Below are positions 23,631-32,223 of a stretch of DNA of 62,015 nucleotides, in pieces. A program made the position numbers and the translations under genes. Numbering within the stretch: the stretch's first letter is position 1; each line of letters starts with the position of its first letter. The notes under the pieces were generated by a model. It did no database searches. It saw only the letters and a program-made list of their open reading frames with translations, and was not told where the DNA came from. This DNA comes from a bacterium. GTDB lineage: Bacteria > Hydrothermota > UBA3073 > JACQXS01 > JAQTXJ01. The stretch covers positions 1 to 62,015 of the forward strand of contig JAQTXJ010000003.1 in NCBI GenBank assembly GCA_028688815.1, given 5' to 3'.

Positions 23631-24388
23631 AAAAAAACATAAATTCAAAAAACGTATCCCTTAGTATACTAAGTTTACTGTTTTGTAGCAATGTATTGTT
23701 TTGTCAGGAATATCCTAACCCTGTGGGTTTTGTAAATGATTTTGCAAATGTCATATCCCAGGAATACAGGGATAAAATTACCGGGTTGTGCACGGAAATA
23801 GAACAAAAAACAGGAGTAGAATTAGTTATTGCTACCGTAAAAACAGCTCTTCCTCAAACAATTGATATGTATGCCGTGGAATTATTTTCTCGTTGGGGAA
23901 TAGGGAAAAAAGGTAAAGATAATGGTATCCTGATTGTTGCAGCGCTGGGCGACCATAAAGTATTTATAAAGCCGGGATATGGGGCCGAAGGGTTTCTAAC
24001 GGACGGAATCTGTGGGGAAATTTCCCGCCAGATTATAGCTCCTGAATTTAAGAAGGGCGAGTTTGGTAAAGGATTATTTTTGGCAAGTAATGAAATTGCA
24101 AACAGGGTTGAAAAAGAATATAATGTAAAACTTGAAGGAGTAACAAATACTAAAGTTTCCGAAAACCTTCCTTTGGGGACTGTAATTTTTCTAATCATAG
24201 TGTTTATAGTGATTTTCAGCAAGTTAGGGGTATGGGGGCTGATATTTTTGCCGGGAGGACGAGGACAGAATGGACGCCATAATGGTTATTGGACAGGAGG
24301 AAATTTTGGCGGCGGCGGATTTGGCGGCGGATTCGGTGGGTTCGGCGGTGGCTCCTGTGGCGGTGGTGGCGGCGGGAGTGGATGGTAA
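23627..24388 (+). CDS. TPM-domain (YgcG-like) protein with TM helix and glycine-rich tail
   Basis: Signal peptide. VNDFANVISQEYRDKI, GILIVAALGDHKVFIKPGYGAEG. TM segment, then tail GGGGFGGGFGGFGGGSCGGGGGGSGW. The ATG overlaps the upstream stop (ATGA). Confidence 0.8.
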   Translation: MKKNINSKNVSLSILSLLFCSNVLFCQEYPNPVGFVNDFANVISQEYRDKITGLCTEIEQKTGVELVIATVKTALPQTIDMYAVELFSRWGIGKKGKDNGILIVAALGDHKVFIKPGYGAEGFLTDGICGEISRQIIAPEFKKGEFGKGLFLASNEIANRVEKEYNVKLEGVTNTKVSENLPLGTVIFLIIVFIVIFSKLGVWGLIFLPGGRGQNGRHNGYWTGGNFGGGGFGGGFGGFGGGSCGGGGGGSGW

Positions 24389-24448
24389 TAATATACATTA
24401 AATATTAAAAATCAAATATCAAAATGACAAATCGGATTTCAAATTTAG

Positions 24449-24514
24449 GGACACGATTCCTAACTGCCGTTAGGCAAGTTATCGCGTCCACCTTGAATTT
24501 GGCAAACCAAATTC
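24449..24514. repeat. two hairpins in the lipA upstream region
   Basis: GGACACGAT..CCTAAC-TGCC-GTTAGG..ATCGCGTCC (24449-24489, one A:C mismatch) and GAATTTGG-CAAA-CCAAATTC (24495-24514, perfect). Confidence 0.65.
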
Positions 24515-24611
24515 TTATGTCAGGAAAATCAAAAAATAAACAATCATATCTGTCTTTTTGTAGTAGAATAAAATTTTTGATTTTTTATATTTGATATTTA
24601 ATTTTATAACT

Positions 24612-25484
24612 ATGGCTGTTCCCGAATGGATTAAACATCATTACCCGAAACCGGAAGCACTACGGGAAATGAAATCTTTGCTTCATAGTTTACATATTCA
24701 TACCGTTTGCGAAGAAGCAAAGTGTCCCAACATAGGCGAATGTTTCAATAAACAAACGGCTACTTTTTTAATACTTGGTGATATATGCACGAGAAAATGT
24801 AAATTTTGTGGTATTAAAAAGGGAATTCCTTTGCCGGTTGATTACGATGAACCACAACATATTGCAAAAGCTGTTGCCAAGCTTAATTTATCACATACGG
24901 TAATAACATCAGTTACAAGAGATGACCTTGAAGACAGTGGCTCAGGGCAATTTGTAGCTACAATAAAAGAAGTAAAAAAAGTAAAACCGGAAATCACAGT
25001 AGAAGTTCTTATTCCTATAATGAATAATGAAAACCTCAGAAGAATTACAGTTGTTGCCCCTGAAGTAATAAATCATAATATGGAAACAATAAAAAGACTT
25101 TATCCTGAAGTCAGACCAATATACCAATACGATGATTCGCTTAACCTTTTGGCGGAAATAAAATCTCAAAACCCTTCAATTACTACTAAATCGGGTTTTA
25201 TGGTAGGGCTAGGTGAAACGGAAACCGAAATTGTTGAACTTATGGAGGACTTAAGAAAACAAAAAGTTGATATCATAACAATTGGCCAATACTTAAGACC
25301 TTCCGGGAGTCAGCTCCCGGTGGTGGAATATATTTCCCCTTCCCAGTTTAAAAAATATGAAGACGTCGGATATAAAATGGGATTTAAATATGTCGTATCA
25401 AGTCCGTATGTTAGAAGTTCTTATATGGCAAAAGAAGCGTTAACAAACGCGGAGTGCCCAATTAAAAAAGGAGATAAAAAATGA
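24612..25484 (+). CDS. lipA: lipoyl synthase
   Basis: CEEAKCPNIGECF and radical-SAM CTRKCKFCGI. The ORF track starts at TTG 24591; the in-frame ATG at 24612 (MAVPEWIKHH) is preferred. Confidence 0.9.
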   Translation: MAVPEWIKHHYPKPEALREMKSLLHSLHIHTVCEEAKCPNIGECFNKQTATFLILGDICTRKCKFCGIKKGIPLPVDYDEPQHIAKAVAKLNLSHTVITSVTRDDLEDSGSGQFVATIKEVKKVKPEITVEVLIPIMNNENLRRITVVAPEVINHNMETIKRLYPEVRPIYQYDDSLNLLAEIKSQNPSITTKSGFMVGLGETETEIVELMEDLRKQKVDIITIGQYLRPSGSQLPVVEYISPSQFKKYEDVGYKMGFKYVVSSPYVRSSYMAKEALTNAECPIKKGDKK

Positions 25485-26374
25485 ATACAAAAATTTCTAT
25501 AGTTATACCTGCGCACAACGAAGTAGAAAATATCCCCTTACTTATAAACGAGTTTAATAAAATAAAGTTGAAAGATTATGAAGTCATAATCGTAGATGAT
25601 GGCTCTACGGATAACACTTATTTGGAAGCAAACAAGCTTGTCTCAAAAAACAAGTTTTTGAAAGTTATTCGTCACAAACGGAAAAGAGGGATTACGGATG
25701 CGCTTATATCGGGAGTTGAGGTGGCAGAGGGAGACACTATCGTGTTTTTCCCTGCAGATTTACAATATTTACCCGAAGAAATATCAAAATTAACGGATAA
25801 GATTAATGAAGGCTACGATATTGTTACAGGCTGGAAAACAGGCAAGTATGAGAAATGGTTCGTGTCGGGTATTTACAATAATCTTTCGCGTAGATTATTT
25901 AATATTCCCGTGCACGATTTAAATTCCATTAAAGCATTTACAAAAGAAGTCTTTTATAAAATTCCATTGAGAAAAGATTGGCATCGGTATATGGTAGTAT
26001 TGGCTTGGGAACAGGGATTTAATGTTGCGGAGGTAAAGGTAACCCTATATCCAAGAAAATATGGCAAATCAAAATTCGGAGGAATAGGACGGGTTTTTAT
26101 AGGAGTCCTCGACCTTCTTGCGGTGAAATTTCAGATTTCTTTTATGCGAAAACCTATGTTGTTTTTTGGAACTACGGGCGGCATTTTATTATTACTTACA
26201 TTTATCATAGGAGCGATAGAGCTTTATTTTAGATTCGTTCTTTTTAAAGGTTTTAGACCTATGCTTTATTTAATTATGTTTCTCGGATTAAGCGGGTTGA
26301 TATTTTTTGTATTAGGGTTTCTTGCAGAAGCAATCGCCGGAATTCAGGATGAAATAAAAAAGATAAAAAAATAA
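25481..26374 (+). CDS. GT2 polyprenyl-phosphate glycosyltransferase, GtrB/CsbB-like
   Basis: SIVIPAHNEVENI, VIIVDDGSTDNT and two C-terminal TM helices. The ATG overlaps the lipA stop (ATGA). Confidence 0.8.
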   Translation: MNTKISIVIPAHNEVENIPLLINEFNKIKLKDYEVIIVDDGSTDNTYLEANKLVSKNKFLKVIRHKRKRGITDALISGVEVAEGDTIVFFPADLQYLPEEISKLTDKINEGYDIVTGWKTGKYEKWFVSGIYNNLSRRLFNIPVHDLNSIKAFTKEVFYKIPLRKDWHRYMVVLAWEQGFNVAEVKVTLYPRKYGKSKFGGIGRVFIGVLDLLAVKFQISFMRKPMLFFGTTGGILLLLTFIIGAIELYFRFVLFKGFRPMLYLIMFLGLSGLIFFVLGFLAEAIAGIQDEIKKIKK

Positions 26375-26445
26375 TTTGTAATGTTAAATGCTGAATTATA
26401 TCTGCCTGATAGTAGATAGGAGTATGGGATCGTATAAAATACAAA

Positions 26446-27735
26446 ATGGAAAAAAGCAATAAAATTCAGCCTTCAGCATTTAGCTCCCAGAAATTGGAGC
26501 GAAGCGGTCCGCCTCAGGCGGAGCGGGACCAAAATCCAAAATTCCCATTGAAGGTTCTTTTCCTTACCCATTGTTTTATTCGTAACAAAGATGATTTTGC
26601 CGGCGCATTTCTGTTTGACCTTGCAAAAGGGCTTAAAAATAAGGGAATAGACATTACAGTTCTTGCACCTCATTCAAAAGGATTGCCAAAATATGAAGAA
26701 ATTGACAATATAAAAATTTACCGTTTTCAGTATGCTCCTGAAAAATATGAATATCTGGCATATAAAAGCAATATGCATGAAATCGTAGCCAAGGGTTTTT
26801 TTAGCAAACTTATTTTTTTCTCTTTCGCGTTTTATTTTTTTAAGAATGCAATTGATATTACAAAAAAGCATAACATAAAAATTATTCATTCTCACTGGTG
26901 GGTACCTGCTGGGGTAATTGGTTTAGTTGTAGGAAAACTTTCAGGTAAACCTTATGTTGTTACTTCACATGGAACGGATATTTCTTTATTGGCGAAAATT
27001 AAACTTGCCAGACCATTGGCAAAGATAATCTTTAAAAATTCTATTGGAATAACGGCCGTTTCAAATAATATGAAATCTTTTATGGTAAATAAACTTGGGA
27101 TAAATGAAAACAAAGTAAGCGTATTCCCAATGCCTGTAAATCCTTCTATTTTTTCCCCAATGCCTGTTGAAAATAGAGGTGAAAAAATTATATTGAGCGT
27201 TGGAAACTTTATTGAATTAAAAGGGTTCTCTTATTTAATTTCTGCAATAAAAATCTTAAAGGAACAAAAAGTAAAAATTAAACTTATCATCATAGGCGGC
27301 GGCCCAGAAGAAAAAACACTTAAACAAAAAATAAAAGAACTTAGTCTGAATGAAAATATTGAGATTTTACCTTCTATGACTAAAACAGAATTAAATCATT
27401 TTTACAACGTATGTGACATTTTTGTTCTGCCTTCTATAACCGACTCCAAAGGAAAACAGGAGGGGTTGGGATTGGTTTTACTGGAAGCAATGAGTTGCAA
27501 AAAACCTGTTATAGGGACAAATTCCGGCGGCATACCGGATATTGTAAAAGATATGGAAACAGGATTAGTAGTCCCGGAAAAAGATTCAAAATCATTGTCC
27601 GAAGCTATAGGAAAGTTATTAAAAGATGATAGTCTATCCACAAAACTTGCAGAGAACGGATATAATTTTGTAAAACAGAATTTTACGCTGGACAAGATTG
27701 CCGAAAAAACACTTGAAGTATATCGAAAGTCGTAG
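26446..27735 (+). CDS. GT4-family (GT-B) glycosyltransferase, start uncertain
   Basis: QEGLGLVLLEAMSCKKPVIGTNSGGIPDIV (EX7E region). The first 34 codons translate a hairpin-rich REP-like sequence. An in-frame TTG at 26548 precedes the conserved KVLFLTH. Confidence 0.8.
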   Translation: MEKSNKIQPSAFSSQKLERSGPPQAERDQNPKFPLKVLFLTHCFIRNKDDFAGAFLFDLAKGLKNKGIDITVLAPHSKGLPKYEEIDNIKIYRFQYAPEKYEYLAYKSNMHEIVAKGFFSKLIFFSFAFYFFKNAIDITKKHNIKIIHSHWWVPAGVIGLVVGKLSGKPYVVTSHGTDISLLAKIKLARPLAKIIFKNSIGITAVSNNMKSFMVNKLGINENKVSVFPMPVNPSIFSPMPVENRGEKIILSVGNFIELKGFSYLISAIKILKEQKVKIKLIIIGGGPEEKTLKQKIKELSLNENIEILPSMTKTELNHFYNVCDIFVLPSITDSKGKQEGLGLVLLEAMSCKKPVIGTNSGGIPDIVKDMETGLVVPEKDSKSLSEAIGKLLKDDSLSTKLAENGYNFVKQNFTLDKIAEKTLEVYRKS

Positions 27736-27809
27736 AGAATAATATTCTCTTATAAATCAGTTGACAGAATAAAATATAAAGAGTATTTTATACGTAAGCA
27801 TTATAAAAT

Positions 27810-29660
27810 ATGGGGAAACAATTATTCGGTTTAATGATTATATTTGTAACAAATTCTTACGCAGTAATATGGACAGAGAAAACACATAACGATTTTTCGG
27901 ATGGAAAAGAATATTATTATATAAGTGGAGATACTGCAAGTTATTGGAATGCTACAAATTTAAGAAAATGGAATCTTGGTTCACGTGTTTATTCACCATC
28001 GGAAGGTGGATTACGAGTGATAGGACAGGATTGGGATTTAGACGATAATGGTTGGTTAGATGCGATATTAACTTCAGGGGATGTGCTTGTTTACTGGAAT
28101 AGTTCTTCGGGATTTAATACAAGCAATAAAGCAGTATTATTTGCAAAAATAGATGCGCAAGGCCTTTCTCTGTGTGATTTAAATAGAGATGGCAGGTTGG
28201 AAATATTGATAGGAGAAAGAGATGCGGAGTTGGCATATATATACGATGGAAACACTTACGCTAAGTTTGATTCGGTTAAAGTTTTATGGGGAAATCAAGA
28301 TTTAACGCCTGCGGATTTGAATAATGACGGCGAAGTAGATTTAATAACGCCTGCTGCCACATGGTCTTATATTTATTATGGTCCTGGTCCTTTTTATCCT
28401 AAGAAACCAATGGATTCTTTATATATACCGGATGCGGCGCCGGGATCCGCGCATCGGACAACAGTTGCGGACTTAAACTACGATGGATTTTTGGATATTG
28501 CAATGTCCTGCCAGGCGGGTAAGGTTTATATTTTTTGGGGAAGCTCAACGGGCTGGAAAACACAAACTGTTTTAAGTTGTACATACAACTGGGACCATTC
28601 GATAGCAGACTTAAACAAAGATGGATATCTAGATATTTTTGTAAATCATCACACTTCAAATGGGATTATATTTTATGGTTCTGCATCCGGATTTGTAACT
28701 ACTGTTTCTACTCCCGGCAATGGAACGGGAGATTGCTCTATAGTTGATATAAATAATGACGATACATTAGACATAATTGCTAATTGTACAAATGGTAATA
28801 GTTACATAATGTGGGGACCAAATTATAGTAGTTATGTAAATTTGCCGATTAGTTCCGGGTGTGGCACGGAAGTGGCAGATTTTAATAATGATGGCAGTAT
28901 TGACATTTTATCGGGAGGGTTGAACGGCCAGAGTTATTTATATTGGAACAATGGAGGTTTTTTATCTACAAACAAGTTTACTTTTCCTGTCAGTTCTAAT
29001 GATGCAGTATGGGAAGATTTAGGGAATATATGGGACAGGTCTGAAAAACAAAGATACCTATCAAATATTTTCGATGCTCCTGATAGCATTATTAAAGTAG
29101 ATTCGGTCAGATGGTGGGCAAACATACCTTCCGGTATGGATATAAAAGTAAGCGCAAGAGCTGCTCTTGATACAAGCGTATGGGAAAAATGGACTGAGCT
29201 TCCTAATGGCGGAACGGATTCTTCCTTGTTTCTATCCAGATATTTACAATACAAATGTGAAATTTCTACAGATTACAAGAATACTTCCTTGTTCTCATTT
29301 GATAGTATAAAATTTTATTATGATACAGGGGCGGCCGGCGTATCAGAAAAAACAAGTAATGCTATTTCATCTTTTAATGTGTTTACCCAACAAAATCTCT
29401 CTGGGAATAAAGTAAGTTTTAATTTTGAAATACCTGTTTCAGGAAAATTGAGTTTAACAATCTATAATGTTGCAGGAGAAAAGATAAAGAAATTAATTGA
29501 TAATAAATATTATGACATTGGCACGTATAAAGAAATATGGAATAAGAAGAATGAAAACAGAAATGAAGTAAAAACAGGAATATATTTCTGTGTAGCCAAA
29601 TTAGAAACACAAAAAGATAAGATAAGAAAAATTGGTAAATTTGTAATAATAGGAGAATAA
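27810..29660 (+). CDS. FG-GAP/VCBS repeat protein with T9SS C-terminal sorting domain
   Basis: DLDDNGWLDA, DLNRDGRLEI, DLNNDGEVDL, DLNYDGFLDI, DLNKDGYLDI, DFNNDGSIDI. C-terminal LSLTIYNVAGEKIKKLI...TGIYFCVAKL. Confidence 0.8.
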   Translation: MGKQLFGLMIIFVTNSYAVIWTEKTHNDFSDGKEYYYISGDTASYWNATNLRKWNLGSRVYSPSEGGLRVIGQDWDLDDNGWLDAILTSGDVLVYWNSSSGFNTSNKAVLFAKIDAQGLSLCDLNRDGRLEILIGERDAELAYIYDGNTYAKFDSVKVLWGNQDLTPADLNNDGEVDLITPAATWSYIYYGPGPFYPKKPMDSLYIPDAAPGSAHRTTVADLNYDGFLDIAMSCQAGKVYIFWGSSTGWKTQTVLSCTYNWDHSIADLNKDGYLDIFVNHHTSNGIIFYGSASGFVTTVSTPGNGTGDCSIVDINNDDTLDIIANCTNGNSYIMWGPNYSSYVNLPISSGCGTEVADFNNDGSIDILSGGLNGQSYLYWNNGGFLSTNKFTFPVSSNDAVWEDLGNIWDRSEKQRYLSNIFDAPDSIIKVDSVRWWANIPSGMDIKVSARAALDTSVWEKWTELPNGGTDSSLFLSRYLQYKCEISTDYKNTSLFSFDSIKFYYDTGAAGVSEKTSNAISSFNVFTQQNLSGNKVSFNFEIPVSGKLSLTIYNVAGEKIKKLIDNKYYDIGTYKEIWNKKNENRNEVKTGIYFCVAKLETQKDKIRKIGKFVIIGE

Positions 29661-30184
29661 TGATAAAACTTAATCTTGGATGCGGTAAGGATATAAGAAA
29701 AGATTACTTAAATGCAGATAAAGCGCTTTTACCGGGTGTTAATGTCGTTTGTAATATAGAAAACGGATTGCCATTTAAGTCAAATGTATTTGATACGATT
29801 TTATGCAAACATGTCCTTGAACATTTAAATGATTTTATGTCTGCGATGGATGACCTGCATAGAATTTTGAAAAACAATGGCGTTTTAGATGTTGTAGTCC
29901 CATATTGTAGTTCTGTAAATGCTTATGCAGATCCGACTCATAAACGATTTTTTGCATATAAGACTATGGATTGTTTTGAGAAAGATTCTGCTTGCGACTT
30001 TTATACAGAAACGGAATTTAAAATCATTCGCAGGAAACTACATTTTAGCGGGGACCCAAGATTAGATTTTCTGAACAATATTCTTAACCCGATAATTAAT
30101 AAAGCGCCAGTATTCTATGAGCGTTTTTTCCTCTGGATTCTTCCTGTAAACAAAATCTTCTTTACTATGAAAGCTGTTAAATGA
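29660..30184 (+). CDS. class I SAM-dependent methyltransferase
   Basis: LNLGCGKDIRKDYLNADK and ILCKHVLEHL. The ATG shares its A with the upstream TAA (TAATG). Confidence 0.65.
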   Translation: MIKLNLGCGKDIRKDYLNADKALLPGVNVVCNIENGLPFKSNVFDTILCKHVLEHLNDFMSAMDDLHRILKNNGVLDVVVPYCSSVNAYADPTHKRFFAYKTMDCFEKDSACDFYTETEFKIIRRKLHFSGDPRLDFLNNILNPIINKAPVFYERFFLWILPVNKIFFTMKAVK

Positions 30185-31092
30185 AAACGAAAACAAAACT
30201 CTATATAGGAATAGTAATACTAACGGCTTGTTTCTTTTTTATAGGGAAAGCTTTTATTGCAAATCTACAAAATATAGATTTCCACAGTTTAAGATTTAAT
30301 TTTTTCTTTCTGTTAATCTCATACATTTTATGGTTGTTTGCTCTTCTAGAGGGAGTATTTGCATGGGAATATACTATGCTTTATTTAGGGGAAAAATTAA
30401 GTTTTTTGCAAGCATTAAAAATTATTTCCTTAGCTGCTTTACCTAAATATATTCCAGGCAAAGTTTTTGGTATTGCAAGTCAAATATGGCTCACAAAGGA
30501 AGAGGGAAAAATTTCAGGGGGGAAAAGCGGAATAGGCGCGATATTAAATATGATAGTCAGTATTTTAGGAGGAACTATTTTAGGTTGTATTATACTTCCT
30601 TTTGTTTTGAAAGATAAACTTCCAATAAATATTTATTTTTTGTTAGGGGTTATACCGATACTTTTTGTTATGTTGTATCCGCCTGTGTTCCTAAGCGTCT
30701 TTAATTGGTTTTTAAAAATATTTAAGAGAGGAAAAATAACCCTTACTTTAACGTATAATCAGATTCTGAAACTTTTATTTCTACAAGTTGTTTTCTGGGT
30801 TTTACAAAGCATAGCAATGTTTTTTTTAATTCGTAGTTTTTATTTAATCCGTCCTTCATTTCTTATTCCTTTGTGCGGGATATTTTCAGGCGCAAGCGTA
30901 ATCGGGCTGGTAAGCTTTTTTACGCCGGGAGGCTTGGGAGTGAGAGAAGGAATTTTATCTTATCTGTTCAGTTTTTTTATGCCAACGAGTATAGGCATAG
31001 TTATATCAATTATAATGCGACTTTGGGGAGCTATAGGCGAACTCGTTTTTTTTCTTATTTTTGCAAAGAGCATAAAAAAATATGTAAGTTAG
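30181..31092 (+). CDS. flippase-like membrane protein (UPF0104 / LPG-synthase TM family)
   Basis: About 8 TM segments and the FTPGGLGVREG motif. The ATG overlaps the upstream stop (ATGA). Confidence 0.6.
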   Translation: MKTKTKLYIGIVILTACFFFIGKAFIANLQNIDFHSLRFNFFFLLISYILWLFALLEGVFAWEYTMLYLGEKLSFLQALKIISLAALPKYIPGKVFGIASQIWLTKEEGKISGGKSGIGAILNMIVSILGGTILGCIILPFVLKDKLPINIYFLLGVIPILFVMLYPPVFLSVFNWFLKIFKRGKITLTLTYNQILKLLFLQVVFWVLQSIAMFFLIRSFYLIRPSFLIPLCGIFSGASVIGLVSFFTPGGLGVREGILSYLFSFFMPTSIGIVISIIMRLWGAIGELVFFLIFAKSIKKYVS

Positions 31093-31178
31093 TCCTTCTT
31101 TATTGAAAATAACAATATCCCAAAATAATATTTGTTCAACGCAGAGCATTTATCCTGCCTCCAAAAACACAAGATAAC

Positions 31179-31213
31179 GGAAACTTAACGGAAATAACTT
31201 CCGTTAAGTTTCC
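31179..31213. repeat. perfect 15-bp hairpin GGAAACTTAACGGAA-ATAAC-TTCCGTTAAGTTTCC
   Basis: Inverted repeat verified base by base. It lies 87 nt after the flippase-like stop. No U-tract follows. Confidence 0.8.
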
Positions 31214-31364
31214 TGGAATCTTGATAACTTTGGTAATTGGAGCGATTGGGGTTTTGGGGTGTGCGCGCTAAAGTGTTTGTTGGACGATGTTTTTCGTGTG
31301 GTTTGTTGTAAAATTGACGGATTGTCATAAAACTTGCTTATTAGATAGAGCAAAGGAGGAAAAC

Positions 31365-31769
31365 ATGAAAAACAAAAAAGGATTTACTTTGATTGAGCTT
31401 ATAGTAGTGATTGTAATCATAGGGATTCTCGCTGCTATAGCAATACCAAGGTTTATGGGTGCTCAGAATAGAGCAAGAATCGGAGCTGCCGCAGCTGAAG
31501 TTACAAAGATGAGGGAAGCTCTCGGATTATATGAAATAGATTATGCTACCTATGCAGTTTTAGGAGGCAGTTCTACGGATTACGAGGCTTTCAAAGCGGC
31601 AATCGTAGATAAGAATGGTAATGCTTATATGTCATTACCGGACACTCTAAACTTTGACCCGGCAACATTTAGTTTTGCAGGAGACTCTGTTACCTTTACC
31701 ATAACTGTAAATGCTAAAGATAACAATAACACTCCGGTTACCGGAACGCCTGATAAGACAAGTTATTAG
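31365..31769 (+). CDS. type IV pilin-like / pseudopilin protein (prepilin N-terminal methylation motif)
   Basis: MKNKKGFTLIELIVVIVIIGILAAIAIPRF. AAGGAGG lies 6 nt upstream of ATG 31365. The ORF-track start at 31287 has no support. Confidence 0.85.
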   Translation: MKNKKGFTLIELIVVIVIIGILAAIAIPRFMGAQNRARIGAAAAEVTKMREALGLYEIDYATYAVLGGSSTDYEAFKAAIVDKNGNAYMSLPDTLNFDPATFSFAGDSVTFTITVNAKDNNNTPVTGTPDKTSY

Positions 31770-31789
31770 TTTGCTCAACCAAACAACGA

Positions 31790-31824
31790 AAAGACTTTCC
31801 CGCTTTGCGGGAAAGTCTTTTTTT
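31790..31824 (+). terminator. canonical Rho-independent terminator after the pilin gene
   Basis: AAAGACTTTCCCGC-TTT-GCGGGAAAGTCTTT (14-bp stem) running into a 7-T tract. Confidence 0.85.
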
Positions 31825-32055
31825 ATTGCCGGGATTGTCCGTCTTATAATGAGCAAGATCTTGCCATTATGGTGGTCGAAGATCCCATCCGATTCAGGTG
31901 GAGCGGTGGTAGAAATTCATTCTGTCCCTCTTTTTTTAAAAGTTGCAGGAATCCATTTTTTTGTTATACCAATTTTTGGAATTGTGTCGCTCCTCAGGGG
32001 GCATATTGAAAAATTGGCGTTTAACATAATGTTAATCGGGTATAGGAATTTTGGT

Positions 32056-32083
32056 TTGACAAACATTGGATAATCGTTAAAAT
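32056..32083 (+). promoter_or_regulatory. consensus-like promoter TTGACA-16nt-TAAAAT
   Basis: TTGACA 32056-32061, TAAAAT 32078-32083. Confidence 0.5.
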
Positions 32084-32112
32084 TACAGAATAAATTAAAG
32101 ATATATAAACTC

Positions 32113-32141
32113 TTGACAGAATGCTTTAAAATGATTATATA
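32113..32141 (+). promoter_or_regulatory. consensus-like promoter TTGACA-17nt-TATATA
   Basis: TTGACA 32113-32118, TATATA 32136-32141, about 80 nt before the SD-led ATG at 32224. Confidence 0.5.
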
Positions 32142-32223
32142 CTTATATGTATAATAGATAGTTGTATAAATTAATTTTTATCAGGAGAGGTATAAAAGTA
32201 ATTTTTAAGATTTAGGAGAGGGC

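Noticed and set aside
31711-32073. 120-aa ORF downstream of or overlapping the pilin gene
   Set aside because: It starts inside the pilin CDS in another frame, runs through the strong intrinsic terminator, and has no RBS. The shorter internal version (ATG about 31849) also lacks support.
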